A stretch of DNA of 64,000 bases from an uncultured bacterium (lineage in GTDB: Bacteria; Verrucomicrobiota; Kiritimatiellia; CAIKKV01; CALHGX01). Shown here in pieces: positions 20,076 through 32,171 of this stretch. The stretch's first letter is position 1, and every line of letters begins with the position of its first letter. The position numbers and the translations under genes are program-made. The stretch spans positions 16,010-80,009 of the forward strand of contig CALHGX010000002.1 of NCBI GenBank assembly GCA_938031185.1. The letters run 5' to 3'. The notes beneath the pieces are model-generated. The model did not search any database and was not told the origin of the DNA. It worked only from the letters and a program-made list of their open reading frames with translations.

Positions 20076-21080
20076 TCAACGCTGGTACATTCGATCGAAC
20101 TCGCCGCCTTCGGCGAAATGCACCGCGTGGGCCTTCTTCCAGCCCCCAAAGACCTCCTGTACCGTGAAGAGCGTTCGCCGGGGAAACTGCTCAGCATGCC
20201 GGGCGGCAGCGGACTCATCTGTGGGGCGGTAGAAATGCTTGCCGGCAAGATCCTGGCCTTCAGGAGAATACAGGTATTGGAGATACGCTTCCGCAACCCG
20301 CCGTGTTCCGCGACGATCCACCACCTGGTCCACCACCGCCACCGCCGGCTCGGCCAGAATGCTCACCGACGGCAAAATGATCTCGAAGGCGCCGGGGTGA
20401 AGTTTACGGGTCACCAGCAACAACTCGTTTTCCCAGTTGATCAGCACGTCGCCAATCCCGCGTTCAATGAAGGTGGTGGTCGCCCCGCGCGCCCCCGAAT
20501 CCAACACTGGAACGTTGCGATACAAGGCGGCCACAAAGGCCCGTGCCTGTGCCTCATCCCCTCCATGTGCCCGCAAGGCGTATCCCCACGCGGCGAGATA
20601 ATTCCAGCGGGCCGCGCCGGAGGTCTTCGGGTTCGGCGTGATCACGGATATGCCGGGCCGCGCCAGATCGGGCCAATCCTGGATACCCTTGGGATTCCCC
20701 CTCCGCACAAGAAACGCAACGGTCGAAACATACGGAGCACTGTTGTTTGGAAGGCGTTGCTGCCAGTCCCGCGCCACCAGTCCGCCTTGTTCCGCGATGG
20801 CGTCAATGTCAAACCCTAGCGCCAGGCTCACAACGTCCGCCGGAAGGCCATCAATTACAGCCCGCGCCTGCTTGCCGGAGCCGCCGTGCGATTGATTCAC
20901 GCGCACGATTTCGCCGGTCTGCTCCTTCCAATATCGTGCGAAAGCCACGTTGAATTCCTGGTAGAACTCGCGGGTCGGATCGTATGAAGCATTCAGCAGC
21001 GTCACCTCCGCCGTCATGCCTTGCCATCCCAGGCCAAGAAAAAGAACAACGACCATCCGCCCAAGTATGTCTTTCGTCAT
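20076..21080 (-). CDS. Sulfate ABC transporter substrate-binding protein
   Basis: [17 protein letters not shown]...[17 protein letters not shown], typical of Sbp/CysP. Has a signal peptide and an AGGAGG SD. Confidence 0.9.
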   Translation of the reverse strand: MTKDILGRMVVVLFLGLGWQGMTAEVTLLNASYDPTREFYQEFNVAFARYWKEQTGEIVRVNQSHGGSGKQARAVIDGLPADVVSLALGFDIDAIAEQGGLVARDWQQRLPNNSAPYVSTVAFLVRRGNPKGIQDWPDLARPGISVITPNPKTSGAARWNYLAAWGYALRAHGGDEAQARAFVAALYRNVPVLDSGARGATTTFIERGIGDVLINWENELLLVTRKLHPGAFEIILPSVSILAEPAVAVVDQVVDRRGTRRVAEAYLQYLYSPEGQDLAGKHFYRPTDESAAARHAEQFPRRTLFTVQEVFGGWKKAHAVHFAEGGEFDRMYQR

Positions 21081-21160
21081 GTGCCGATGTCCTCCTGCGT
21101 TCTTTTGGGCACAATTTGCCCCTCATGAAATCATGGGTTTCGTTCGCTCCCCCCCATGCT

Positions 21161-21562
21161 TCAAAGCACGTCCGCCAGCGTGGCGCCTTCCATTCGCGCC
21201 GCCACTAGGTCACGAATCTCGCGCAGCAAGCCCAACAACTTTTTTTCCCTCTCTATGGGAGTGGGGCCATAGAAGAAACGGCTGACCGACTCGGTAGGGG
21301 CCAACGGGCCGTCAAGCGCCCTCACGACGTCGGCCAGGGATACGGTCGAACAGGGGCGAGCCAGCCTGAATCCGCCATTCCGCCCCTTCCGGCTGCGCAC
21401 GTATCCCGCGCGTTTCAGCACGAGCAAAATCTGCTCGAGAAAATGGCCCGGGATGTTCTGCGCCCCGGCGATTTCTGAAACCGAAACGAATCCCCGCTTT
21501 TCGTTTCTCGCAAGAAAAACCAGCGCTAAGAGCCCGTATTCACTTCGCAGCGTCAGCCGCAT
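21161..21562 (-). CDS. Rrf2-family regulator without a Cys cluster (CymR-like candidate)
   Basis: MRLTLRSEYGLLALVFLA...SRKGRNGGFRLARP. Lies directly upstream of the sulfate transporter and divergent from the tcdA/metY/cysK cluster. Confidence 0.85.
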   Translation of the reverse strand: MRLTLRSEYGLLALVFLARNEKRGFVSVSEIAGAQNIPGHFLEQILLVLKRAGYVRSRKGRNGGFRLARPCSTVSLADVVRALDGPLAPTESVSRFFYGPTPIEREKKLLGLLREIRDLVAARMEGATLADVL

Positions 21563-21595
21563 GGCTTCGCCCTTTGTTTCTCCATTTCGCCAACA

Positions 21596-21637
21596 ATATA
21601 TGACCTATATAATCATATATATCCTATTTAAAGTCAA
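21596..21637 (-). promoter_or_regulatory. AT-rich promoter/operator of the Rrf2 gene
   Basis: On the minus strand: TTGACT (21632-21637), 17 nt, GATTAT (21609-21614). A perfect inverted repeat, ATATATGA (21596-21603) - 9 nt - TCATATAT (21613-21620), overlaps the -10 element. Confidence 0.5.
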
Positions 21638-21710
21638 GCGCCTTTTCCCTCGCCTTCCCCGCACTCTTCTTGACAGCCGCTGCAAGCCGTTTCACCCTTT
21701 CGCGTGACTG

Positions 21711-23938
<2,228 letters not shown>

Positions 23939-23949
23939 GGCGCAGGGTT

Positions 23950-24150
23950 ATGGACGTGACGGTCAACGGAGAAAGGATGAGCCTTCCGGAGGGGACAACC
24001 GTGGCGGCTCTTCTGGAAAAGCTCAATGCCGTCGGCACGAGGGTGGCGGTTTTGCTCAACGAGACGGTCATTCCCTCCCCCGACCAGCCTCAGCGTCGTC
24101 TGGAGGAAGGCGATCGGGTGGAAGTGCTCACCATGGCGGGCGGCGGTTGA
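23950..24150 (+). CDS. ThiS/MoaD-family sulfur-carrier protein
   Basis: 66 aa with a beta-grasp-like sequence (VTVNGE...[14 protein letters not shown]...GDRVEVL). The C-terminus ends ...AGGG. Confidence 0.8.
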   Translation: MDVTVNGERMSLPEGTTVAALLEKLNAVGTRVAVLLNETVIPSPDQPQRRLEEGDRVEVLTMAGGG

Positions 24151-24218
24151 ATCTCCAGGAACATCTTTGTTTCATCGAAAGACATTCTGCAGGGACAAAT
24201 AGAAACGGGAGATCTGAA

Positions 24219-25175
24219 ATGAGTCGAATTTTCACCGATAATTCGGAATCCATCGGCCGAACGCCCCTGGTTCGCTTGAACCGTCTAACGGAAGGGCTTC
24301 GCGCAACCGTGCTGGGAAAAATCGAAGGGCGCAATCCCGCCTATTCGGTCAAGTGCCGGATCGGCGCGGCCATGATCTGGGATGCGGAAAAACGCGGGGT
24401 ACTGAAGCCGGGCAAGGAGATTATCGAACCCACCAGCGGCAATACGGGCATCGCGCTGGCCTACGTGGCCGCTGCGCGCGGATACCGGCTCACCCTCACA
24501 ATGCCGGAAACCATGAGCATCGAGCGCCGCCGTGTGCTGGCCGCTTTCGGCGCCCAGCTTGTGCTCACGCCTGGCAATGAAGGCATGCGCGGCGCGGTTC
24601 GAAAGGCCGAGGAGATGGTGGCATCGGATCCCGACCGTTACTTCATGCCTCAACAGTTCAAGAACCCGGCCAATCCGGCCATCCACGAGAAAACAACCGG
24701 ACCCGAAATATGGGATGACACCGATGGCACCATTGACGTGCTGGTCGCCGGTGTCGGCACCGGCGGCACGATCACCGGCGTGTCGCGTTTCATCAAGCAC
24801 ACGAAGGGCAAGCAAATCCTTTCCGTTGCCGTGGAACCCCGGGAAAGCCCGGTGATTTCCCAGAAGCTCGCCGGACAGGAAATCAAACCGGGTCTTCACA
24901 AAATCCAAGGTATAGGAGCAGGCTTCCTGCCTGATACGCTTGACCTTTCGATCGTGGATCGAGTCGAGCAGGTGGATAGCACCGAAGCCGTCGAGACCGC
25001 GCGGCGTCTGATCCGCGAAGAGGGGTTGCTGGTCGGAATTTCATGTGGAGCGGCCACGGCGGCCGCTTTGCGGCTGGCCCGCCAACCGGAGTTTGCCGGA
25101 AAGACGATCGTGGTCATCCTGCCCGATGCCGGCGAACGGTATCTTTCTACTGTCCTTTTCGAAGGCATCGGATAA
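24219..25175 (+). CDS. cysK: Cysteine synthase A (O-acetylserine sulfhydrylase)
   Basis: [12 protein letters not shown]...[14 protein letters not shown] (PLP Lys), [12 protein letters not shown] and [10 protein letters not shown]. Confidence 0.9.
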   Translation: MSRIFTDNSESIGRTPLVRLNRLTEGLRATVLGKIEGRNPAYSVKCRIGAAMIWDAEKRGVLKPGKEIIEPTSGNTGIALAYVAAARGYRLTLTMPETMSIERRRVLAAFGAQLVLTPGNEGMRGAVRKAEEMVASDPDRYFMPQQFKNPANPAIHEKTTGPEIWDDTDGTIDVLVAGVGTGGTITGVSRFIKHTKGKQILSVAVEPRESPVISQKLAGQEIKPGLHKIQGIGAGFLPDTLDLSIVDRVEQVDSTEAVETARRLIREEGLLVGISCGAATAAALRLARQPEFAGKTIVVILPDAGERYLSTVLFEGIG

Positions 25176-25262
25176 TCTTCCTTCGCGCCCAAGGGCCCAC
25201 GGGCGAGACCTGCTCTTCTTGAGCCGGGTTGGAGTTTTTCGCCGAAAAAGAAATATATCCAC

Positions 25263-26129
25263 ATGAGCGCCATGCGAGCCATGCCGGAATGCATTGTCTG
25301 TGCCTACCGTCAGGCCCTGAACACAACACGCATCGTCACCGATGACGAGGCCACGCAGCTTGGTGTGTTGTCCCGGGTTGCCCAATCACTTCAGAATGCC
25401 TCCCTTGACCAGACGCCGGCGGCCCTTTCGCAGCCGGTTTACGCCATCGTCTCAGAAGTGACCGGCGTCCCCGACCCCTATGTCCAAGCCAAGGCGGAAA
25501 CGAATCGGCAAGCTATGGCCCTTCTCCCGAAGCTGGAAGCACTGGTGCGATCTTCCGACGATCCCCTTCATGCGGCGCTCCGACTGGCCGTCGCCGGCAA
25601 CATCATTGATCTTGGAATCGGCCATGCGTTCGACCTGGAGCGCGACGTCGCCGCCCTCATGCTGCAACCGTTTGCCGTGGACGACTATCCGGCCTTCCGG
25701 GCGGCGTTGCGCCCCGGCTGCCGCATACTCTATCTGGGCGACAACGCCGGGGAAATCGTCTTCGATCGCGTGCTGGTCGAACTTCTTGTCGAGGCCGGAG
25801 CCGAGGTGATCTTTACGGTCAAGTCGGGGCCAATTATCAACGATGCCACGATGGAGGATGCCCGGTTTTGCGGCCTGACGAATTTGGTTCATGTCATCTG
25901 CACCGGCTCCAACGATATCGGCGTGAACTGGGCGCATGTGTCCGACGAGTTCCTGCGCCACTACAAGAACGCCGATCTGATCATCGGCAAGGGGCATGGA
26001 AATTTCGAAACCTGCACGGGGCAGCCCGGCCGTTTCTTCTTTCTGCTCAAGGCCAAGTGCCCGGTGGTCGCGGACAAACTCGGCGTGCCCCTCGGCGCCA
26101 CCGCGCTCCGCCACGAAAACAACCTCTGA
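25263..26129 (+). CDS. DUF89 / ARMT1-like damage-control phosphatase family protein
   Basis: PECIVCAYRQ, LYLGDNAGEIVFD and IGKGHGNFE motifs typical of DUF89. Confidence 0.7.
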   Translation: MSAMRAMPECIVCAYRQALNTTRIVTDDEATQLGVLSRVAQSLQNASLDQTPAALSQPVYAIVSEVTGVPDPYVQAKAETNRQAMALLPKLEALVRSSDDPLHAALRLAVAGNIIDLGIGHAFDLERDVAALMLQPFAVDDYPAFRAALRPGCRILYLGDNAGEIVFDRVLVELLVEAGAEVIFTVKSGPIINDATMEDARFCGLTNLVHVICTGSNDIGVNWAHVSDEFLRHYKNADLIIGKGHGNFETCTGQPGRFFFLLKAKCPVVADKLGVPLGATALRHENNL

Positions 26130-26245
26130 ACGAACGTCGGCCCATGGCCAGCCGAGGCGTTGTCCGGACCGGTGCAAGGGGGCTGGCGTATTCCCATCCG
26201 GAATCGGTTGCCTTTTGCCGCCCCCTTGAATCAGGACCTCAAGGT

Positions 26246-27256
26246 TCAAGCCACGCCGAAGGCCCGCTTCACCAGCACATCGTTCGAAAACGGCAGGGCA
26301 GGTTCGATGCCGTGCACATTCTTGAAATAGAGCGCCGACAGGAGGATTTCCAATTGCGGGTGCTGACGGGGAATATCAATTTCCATGGCCCCCCGAACGA
26401 TGCCGCTGACGGGCCGGGCTTTTTCCCGTACGATCCGAAAAACCTCCCGGAAAGGCGTCTCAATTTCCGGGTCCGCAGCGCAGACAAAGCCGCTATAGAG
26501 CCCGGTGCCAATTTCTGCTTTGTTGCTCCAGATATCCCGATCCGGGCGGTACTTTGCACCGCCGTGCAACTTGTCGAACGCTGCAATTCGCGCCTTGATA
26601 TGGAAGAAATCGCCGATTAGATGCGCGTAGCGCTCAAACACCTCAAGATAGTGCGATCCCATGCCATGGCAGTGGCCGGTGTCCGGCCCCCAGCGCAGAT
26701 TCGGGCTGTTCGTTTTCTGGATCTCCTCAAGGCACAGCTCCACCTGGTCGGCCGTTTCAGCATTCGTGTCGAAGTGATTATGAAAACAAAGCTGAAAGCC
26801 TTTTTTCTCGCGGTCGGCCATTTGAGCCAATTCCGCAAAGGTATGCACCATCTCGCGGATACAGTCAGGATCTTTGAGTTCCGGAGCGGCGGGATGCAGC
26901 ATGGCGTAGCACATATCCGGGAAGTTTTCGACGAGCAGGGCAATGGTTCTTCTCTGCTGCGCCAGATACGCCTTGTTGTCCCGCCCAAGTTGGGCGGGCC
27001 CCAGGTAGGTGCCGATCACCTTCGTTTCTTTCGGCAAGCGAGCCTTCATCTCCGCCACGGCCTCTCGGTCAATGCCCACCTCGGCGCACCGACCGAAGGG
27101 GTCAAGGACGCCCTGCGGAATTTCCACCTCTGAAACGCCGCAGGCCAAATAGCGTTTCGCCATCTCCTGCATCGGACGCGGGCTGAAATCGAAAAGGCGG
27201 TCGGTGGCGTAATTGGTCGAAGTAATGGCCTGCCCCGTCAATTGCACTTTGTTCAT
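26246..27256 (-). CDS. Sugar phosphate isomerase/epimerase (xylose-isomerase-like TIM barrel)
   Basis: FHNHFDT...WGPDTGHC...FHIKA pattern of metal-binding His/Asp/Glu on barrel strands. ATG at 27256 (MNKVQLTG...). The longer ORF to 27769 looks non-coding. Confidence 0.6.
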   Translation of the reverse strand: MNKVQLTGQAITSTNYATDRLFDFSPRPMQEMAKRYLACGVSEVEIPQGVLDPFGRCAEVGIDREAVAEMKARLPKETKVIGTYLGPAQLGRDNKAYLAQQRRTIALLVENFPDMCYAMLHPAAPELKDPDCIREMVHTFAELAQMADREKKGFQLCFHNHFDTNAETADQVELCLEEIQKTNSPNLRWGPDTGHCHGMGSHYLEVFERYAHLIGDFFHIKARIAAFDKLHGGAKYRPDRDIWSNKAEIGTGLYSGFVCAADPEIETPFREVFRIVREKARPVSGIVRGAMEIDIPRQHPQLEILLSALYFKNVHGIEPALPFSNDVLVKRAFGVA

Positions 27257-27503
27257 CCTCGGTCCTTTCTGTTCCGGCGGAAAAAAAGCCCCGGCAGACG
27301 TGCCGCCGGCCACAACGCTAGTTCTGGAATGGGGCCCTCGTATCAAAGGAAACCTCTTTCCACAAGAGCTATTCCGATTCCCGTTTGTCGCGGACGGATC
27401 CGCGGACACAAGTCGCTTGGCCGCGCGGGGGAGGCATGATAGGCTGTGAGCACGCGGAGGGGATCGGAATGCGCCCTCGGGCGAACCAAAGAAATTGCAG
27501 TCC

Positions 27504-29249
27504 ATGACCGAGACGGACAAGCAGGAGCCGACGCAAGGCAAGCGGGAGCTGTCCCGCACCATGCGCATAGACATTGAGCCGGAATCGAAGCCCGGCTCAT
27601 CGTCGCTGGCCGCCACTGCTGCGCGGCCCCGGCGCCCTTTTATACGCATCACCAAGCCAAAAACCCCGGCCAGCGTCATTGGCGATTCGGATTTCCAGCA
27701 GCTCTTCCAGAACGTGTACGATGGTGCGATCATTACGGACTTGTCCGGCCGCATTGTGGATGTCAACACCCGCCTGTGTCACTTCGTCAATCAGGAGCGG
27801 GACGCGCTTTGCCAAATGAGCATCGTGGATCTCATTTCCGGCGCCGAAGAAACCCTGATTCCCATGATTCGGGAGAACCTTGCCGCCACATCCTTCATTC
27901 TGTTACAGGCTTATTTCGTCCGGCGCGACCGTTCGCAGTTTCCAACCGAAACAGCCATCAACCGCCTGTATCTTTCCGGGCAAGAGTACCTGTGCTTTTT
28001 TGTGCGAGACATCACGCTACGCCGCAACGCCGAGGAACGGCTGCGCACCGAACACACCGCCATTCAGAACGCCGCCAGCGGCATCGCCATTACGGACTTG
28101 GACGCCCGCCTGACCTATGTCAATCCGGCCATCGTCCGCCTGTGGGGCTACGGGGGCCCGGAGGAACTGCACGAACGAGAGCTTTCCGATCTCTTCGTGG
28201 AGCCGGGAACCGCCGCCGCCATGGTGGAAGCGGTGGCCTCTGGCCGAACCTGGCAGGGGGAGGCCCTGTCGCGGCGAGCCAATGGGTCGCGCTTTCATGT
28301 GCAGGTGTCCGCCCGCGTCAACCTCGACGCCGAAGACCAGCCGGTCGGCATGGTGATCTCGTTCAATGACATCACCGAACGCAAGGAGGCGGAGGCCAAG
28401 CTGGCGCAGTATGCGGAACAGTTGCGCATCCGCAACGCCGAGATGCTCGACGACCTGAACATGGCGCGCGAGGTCCAGCTTTCCCTGCTGCCTCGTCAAT
28501 TTCCGTCCTTTCCCGCCTTCGCCTCCGCCGAACAAAGCGCGCTGCAGTTCGCGCATCTCTATCGGCCCAGCGCATTGTTGGGCGGCGACTTCTTCCACGT
28601 GCTGCCGCTGTCGGATACCAGCGCCGGCATGTTCATCTGCGACGTGATGGGGCACGGCATGCGGGCTGCCCTGATCACCGCCGTGGTGCGCGGCTTGCTT
28701 GAAGAACTCCGCATTCTGGCCGACGAGCCAGGCGCCTTCATGACCAGCCTGAACCATGCCTTCATCGGCATGCTGCGCGAGGCCGGCGACTGCTTGTTTG
28801 CCTCCGCCATCTATCTCGTGCTGCGACTCGACACCGGCCTCTTGTCCTACACGGAAGCGGGGCATCCCCCGGCCTTGCTCTTAAGAAGATCCAACCAGTT
28901 GGTGCAGCCGCTGCGCAAAGGGCTACGCCCCTCCGGGCCCGCCGTGGGCCTGCAGGATCATCAGGTCTACACGACGCAGAACGAAATGCTGGTCCCGGGC
29001 GATCGGTTGCTGCTCTATACTGACGGAATTTGCGAAGTGGAAGGCCCGGGTCGCGAACTTTACGGCGATGAGCGCCTAGCGGAAAGCGCCCGCCGCCACA
29101 TCGCCGAGCCTATGCCGCAACTGCTTCGCTCTCTCGAATCGGAGGCGGAGGCGTTTTCCGGCGGCGCAGGCTTCATGGACGACGTGTGCCTGCTGGCGGC
29201 GGAACTTGTCCGCGTCGGGACCGGCGCCCCCGCGGCACACCCGGAGTAG
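27504..29249 (+). CDS. PAS-domain sensor fused to a PP2C/SpoIIE-type serine phosphatase (RsbU-like)
   Basis: Two PAS-like segments (FQNVYDGAIITDLSGRIVDVN...; IQNAASGIAITDLDARLTYVNPA...). A C-terminal PP2C follows (GGDFFHV...ICDVMGHG...LLLYTDGI...DDVCLL). Confidence 0.8.
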   Translation: MTETDKQEPTQGKRELSRTMRIDIEPESKPGSSSLAATAARPRRPFIRITKPKTPASVIGDSDFQQLFQNVYDGAIITDLSGRIVDVNTRLCHFVNQERDALCQMSIVDLISGAEETLIPMIRENLAATSFILLQAYFVRRDRSQFPTETAINRLYLSGQEYLCFFVRDITLRRNAEERLRTEHTAIQNAASGIAITDLDARLTYVNPAIVRLWGYGGPEELHERELSDLFVEPGTAAAMVEAVASGRTWQGEALSRRANGSRFHVQVSARVNLDAEDQPVGMVISFNDITERKEAEAKLAQYAEQLRIRNAEMLDDLNMAREVQLSLLPRQFPSFPAFASAEQSALQFAHLYRPSALLGGDFFHVLPLSDTSAGMFICDVMGHGMRAALITAVVRGLLEELRILADEPGAFMTSLNHAFIGMLREAGDCLFASAIYLVLRLDTGLLSYTEAGHPPALLLRRSNQLVQPLRKGLRPSGPAVGLQDHQVYTTQNEMLVPGDRLLLYTDGICEVEGPGRELYGDERLAESARRHIAEPMPQLLRSLESEAEAFSGGAGFMDDVCLLAAELVRVGTGAPAAHPE

Positions 29250-29253
29250 TTTC

Positions 29254-30390
29254 ATGCAATACGCACCGCTGGGCAAGACAGGTCTGAGAGTTTCGCGTCT
29301 GGGGTTCGGCGCTATGCGCCTGCCGATGACGGGCGACGGCGATCAGGCCACAGTGGACACGGATGTCGCCATTGCGATGATTCATCGCGCCTTCGCCGCC
29401 GGCGTCAACTACATAGACACCGCCGTGGGATACTGCAACGGCGACAGCCAGCGCGTCGTAGGCGAGGCGGTTCGTACATGGGGTCGCCCTATCGTTGTGT
29501 CCACCAAGAACCCCTGTTTCACGCGCGACGAATCGGAATGGTGGCGCACATTGGAGCAAAGCCTCGAACGCCTCGGCCTGCCCCGCATAGACGTCTATCA
29601 CCATCATGCCGTAAACGGCGTATCGTTCGACGAGTTCGTGCTGCCGCACATGGCCGCATGGATGCGAAAGGCCAAAGATCAAGGGCTGATCAAACACATC
29701 GCCTGTTCTTTTCACGACACCAACGATGTGCTCCGTCGCATCGTAGATTCCGGCTACCCCGAAGTGATCACCGTACAATACAACCTGCTGGATCGGCGGC
29801 TGGAAGACGGCATCGCCTATGCCCACGAGCGCGGCATCGGCGTTGTGGTCATGGGGCCGGTTGGCGGCGGACGACTCGGCGTGGCTGATAGCGCCGCCTT
29901 GCTCTCCGCGGCGCCGTCTGCGGCCCGACGGGTGCCGGAACTGGCGCTGCGATTTGTGTTGAGCAACCCGGCCGTTGACGTCGCGCTTTCCGGCATGAGC
30001 GCCATGGCGCACGTGGAGGAAAATGTCTGCGTAGCTTCCGATGCCCGGCTGCTTACCCCAGAAGAGCAACAAGCTATTTGCGGCCAATTGGAACGTTTGC
30101 GGAAAATGTCCGAGCTGTATTGCACCGGATGCGGCTATTGCCTTCCCTGCCCAAAAGGCGTGGCCATTCCGAAAATTTTCGAGCGGTACAATCTTGGCCG
30201 TGTCTGGGGCCTTTGGGGACCGGCGCGCCAAGCCTATCGGAACCTCGGCACATTGGCATGGGATCCCGGAAGCCGAGCGGATGCTTGTTCCGATTGCGGC
30301 CTGTGCGAATCGAAGTGCCCGCAGAAGATTCCTATTCGCCGCCAACTCAAAGAGGCCCACGAGGCCCTTTTGGACAGCAAAAACACATAA
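29254..30390 (+). CDS. Aldo/keto reductase with a C-terminal 4Fe-4S ferredoxin-like extension
   Basis: LGKTGLRVSRLGFGAMRL, YIDTAVGY and C-terminal CTGCGYCLPCP...CSDCGLCESKCP. The start is 4 nt after the phosphatase stop. Confidence 0.85.
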   Translation: MQYAPLGKTGLRVSRLGFGAMRLPMTGDGDQATVDTDVAIAMIHRAFAAGVNYIDTAVGYCNGDSQRVVGEAVRTWGRPIVVSTKNPCFTRDESEWWRTLEQSLERLGLPRIDVYHHHAVNGVSFDEFVLPHMAAWMRKAKDQGLIKHIACSFHDTNDVLRRIVDSGYPEVITVQYNLLDRRLEDGIAYAHERGIGVVVMGPVGGGRLGVADSAALLSAAPSAARRVPELALRFVLSNPAVDVALSGMSAMAHVEENVCVASDARLLTPEEQQAICGQLERLRKMSELYCTGCGYCLPCPKGVAIPKIFERYNLGRVWGLWGPARQAYRNLGTLAWDPGSRADACSDCGLCESKCPQKIPIRRQLKEAHEALLDSKNT

Positions 30391-30573
30391 CAGGCCATAT
30401 TCACACAACCTGCGCACAACGGAAATGATCTGCAGCAAATGCTCGTTCGCTGTTTGTTTTCAATGAGTTCCAAACGCCCCGCCGCAGCCGAGACCACTCG
30501 CTCTCGGTTCACCCTTTGAATAACCACCCGCGACGCAACTGTTGACGTCCTTTCTTCTGCAAGCAGCACCAAT

Positions 30574-30589
30574 TGGCACGTAGATTGCT
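30574..30589 (+). promoter_or_regulatory. Candidate sigma54 (-24/-12) promoter
   Basis: TGGCAC gtaga TTGCT matches TGGCAC-N5-TTGCW exactly. The -12 element is 26 nt upstream of the ATG at 30615. Confidence 0.5.
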
Positions 30590-30614
30590 AATCTATCCGC
30601 CGCGAGGTGCATGC

Positions 30615-32171
30615 ATGAGTGCCAAAAGAAAGCTGCTGTTTATCGGATTAACTCTTGTGACGGAAATCATCGCGGCCAGAGGAGCCGATTGGCCCCAGTT
30701 GCAATGCGATGCCCAAAAGAGCGGGTTCCAGCCGCATGAACGAATTACCACTGGGGGGCGTCACCAAAATACGACGGAGACGGGTGGCTACGGCCCCGAG
30801 CTGTGGGCGTTCACCAACACTTTTTTGGCCGGGCAACCCGTTGTCGCAGAAGGTTTAGTCGTCATTCCTTCATTGAAAGGCATGGTATATGCCCTCTCCG
30901 AAACGAACGGGGCGTTGCGATGGCGTGTGGATGTTCAGGCACCGGTGTTAAATTCCTGCGCCATCTATTCTGGGCGTGTCGTGGTTGCAACCCAGGCCGG
31001 GCGTCTCCTGGGCCTATCTCTAACAAACGGAGCTGCGATATGGAGTTATGACGGCGCCCGTAAGGGCTATGCTGCAGCGCCGACAATTGCCGACGGCACC
31101 GTCTACATTGGCTCCAAGGATGGCCGTTTCCACGCCGTGGACGCGCTAACGGGTGCCCCAAGATGGATGTTTGAGGTGGGGGGCGCCAGTGACACGGGCG
31201 TCTTACGCACTGCCATTCTCTGTTCGGCAGCGGTGCTGGGCCCCCGGGTGTTTTTTGGCGCAGAAAACACATACGCCTATGCTCTCGATCGACAGACAGG
31301 TGCGAGGCTCTGGCGCCGTCGCTTGACTGGACAATCCTTCGTCTTTGGCGCAGAAGTCGGTTCAAGTGACGAACGAGGAGGCGTCTCGGTTTCCGCCGGC
31401 TGGCCTGTGGCTTCGGCCCAAAATGCCGGAGTGATCATTTTCCGAACTCAGCCCGTTTATGATTCCGTGAGCATGTTGGGCTTCGGTGAAGCCATTCTCG
31501 AATCTGCAACTGGCACCAATTGGCATGGGAACCCTCTCGGAAACACCAACGCCTGGCGCATCGAGCAGCGGGGCGTTAGCGCGGCGCTCACCAGCAACGA
31601 ATATCTCCGAACGTTCTGGGAGTTGGATCCCACCACCGGTGCTGACAAATACAACAGACCAATGCCCGTCTTGTGGACCAGTGGATCCGGGAATACCCCG
31701 GCGCCCCCCGTCGTGGATGACACCAGCAATCGGGCATGGGTGATATTGCGTTCCGTGTATTCCCGCCTGGATCATGCCGGTATCGTCCGACCGTACGGAG
31801 AGCTGGCAAAACTGCACTTGGATTTCAACCCGGCAATATACACAAACCCCGCGCAAGGACGTCTGGCATATACGTTTTTCGATTGTGAAAACTGGCCAGC
31901 CGAGTCCTGCGTTTTTGCATACGGTGACATTCACAAGGTGTCCGATGAGGGGGAGCACCTGACCGGCTGCCAGAACGCCATCATTTCCACCACCTGGGTC
32001 AGTGATGGAGGCTGGGATACGGAACAAGAACGAACCTTCAACATACGTTACTACAGCGCCGCAGATTTGGGAGAAGCGCCTGTTTACGGTGGTGCCGCCG
32101 GGGCCGTAATCGCAAACGGACGAATCATCCTGCGCGATACACAGGGAGTGAAAAGCTATGCGGCTCAATAG
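30615..32171 (+). CDS. Secreted PQQ-like / BamB-like beta-propeller repeat protein
   Basis: Signal peptide (MSAKRKLLFIGLTLV...). Repeated G-x-V/L-Y-A-L/V-D-x-x-T/N-G-x-x-x-W blades (MVYALSETNGALRWR, RFHAVDALTGAPRWM, YAYALDRQTGARLWR). Confidence 0.75.
   Translation: MSAKRKLLFIGLTLVTEIIAARGADWPQLQCDAQKSGFQPHERITTGGRHQNTTETGGYGPELWAFTNTFLAGQPVVAEGLVVIPSLKGMVYALSETNGALRWRVDVQAPVLNSCAIYSGRVVVATQAGRLLGLSLTNGAAIWSYDGARKGYAAAPTIADGTVYIGSKDGRFHAVDALTGAPRWMFEVGGASDTGVLRTAILCSAAVLGPRVFFGAENTYAYALDRQTGARLWRRRLTGQSFVFGAEVGSSDERGGVSVSAGWPVASAQNAGVIIFRTQPVYDSVSMLGFGEAILESATGTNWHGNPLGNTNAWRIEQRGVSAALTSNEYLRTFWELDPTTGADKYNRPMPVLWTSGSGNTPAPPVVDDTSNRAWVILRSVYSRLDHAGIVRPYGELAKLHLDFNPAIYTNPAQGRLAYTFFDCENWPAESCVFAYGDIHKVSDEGEHLTGCQNAIISTTWVSDGGWDTEQERTFNIRYYSAADLGEAPVYGGAAGAVIANGRIILRDTQGVKSYAAQ

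Noticed and set aside
21107-21121. Hairpin GGGCA-caatt-TGCCC between the Rrf2 gene and the sulfate-binding-protein gene, considered as a terminator
   Set aside because: The stem is only 5 bp and is followed on the transcribed strand by an A-run rather than a U-run, so it is unlikely to be an intrinsic terminator.
29173-30438. 421-aa ORF on the minus strand
   Set aside because: It is antisense to the aldo/keto reductase gene, which has a clear AKR N-terminus and ferredoxin Cys motifs.
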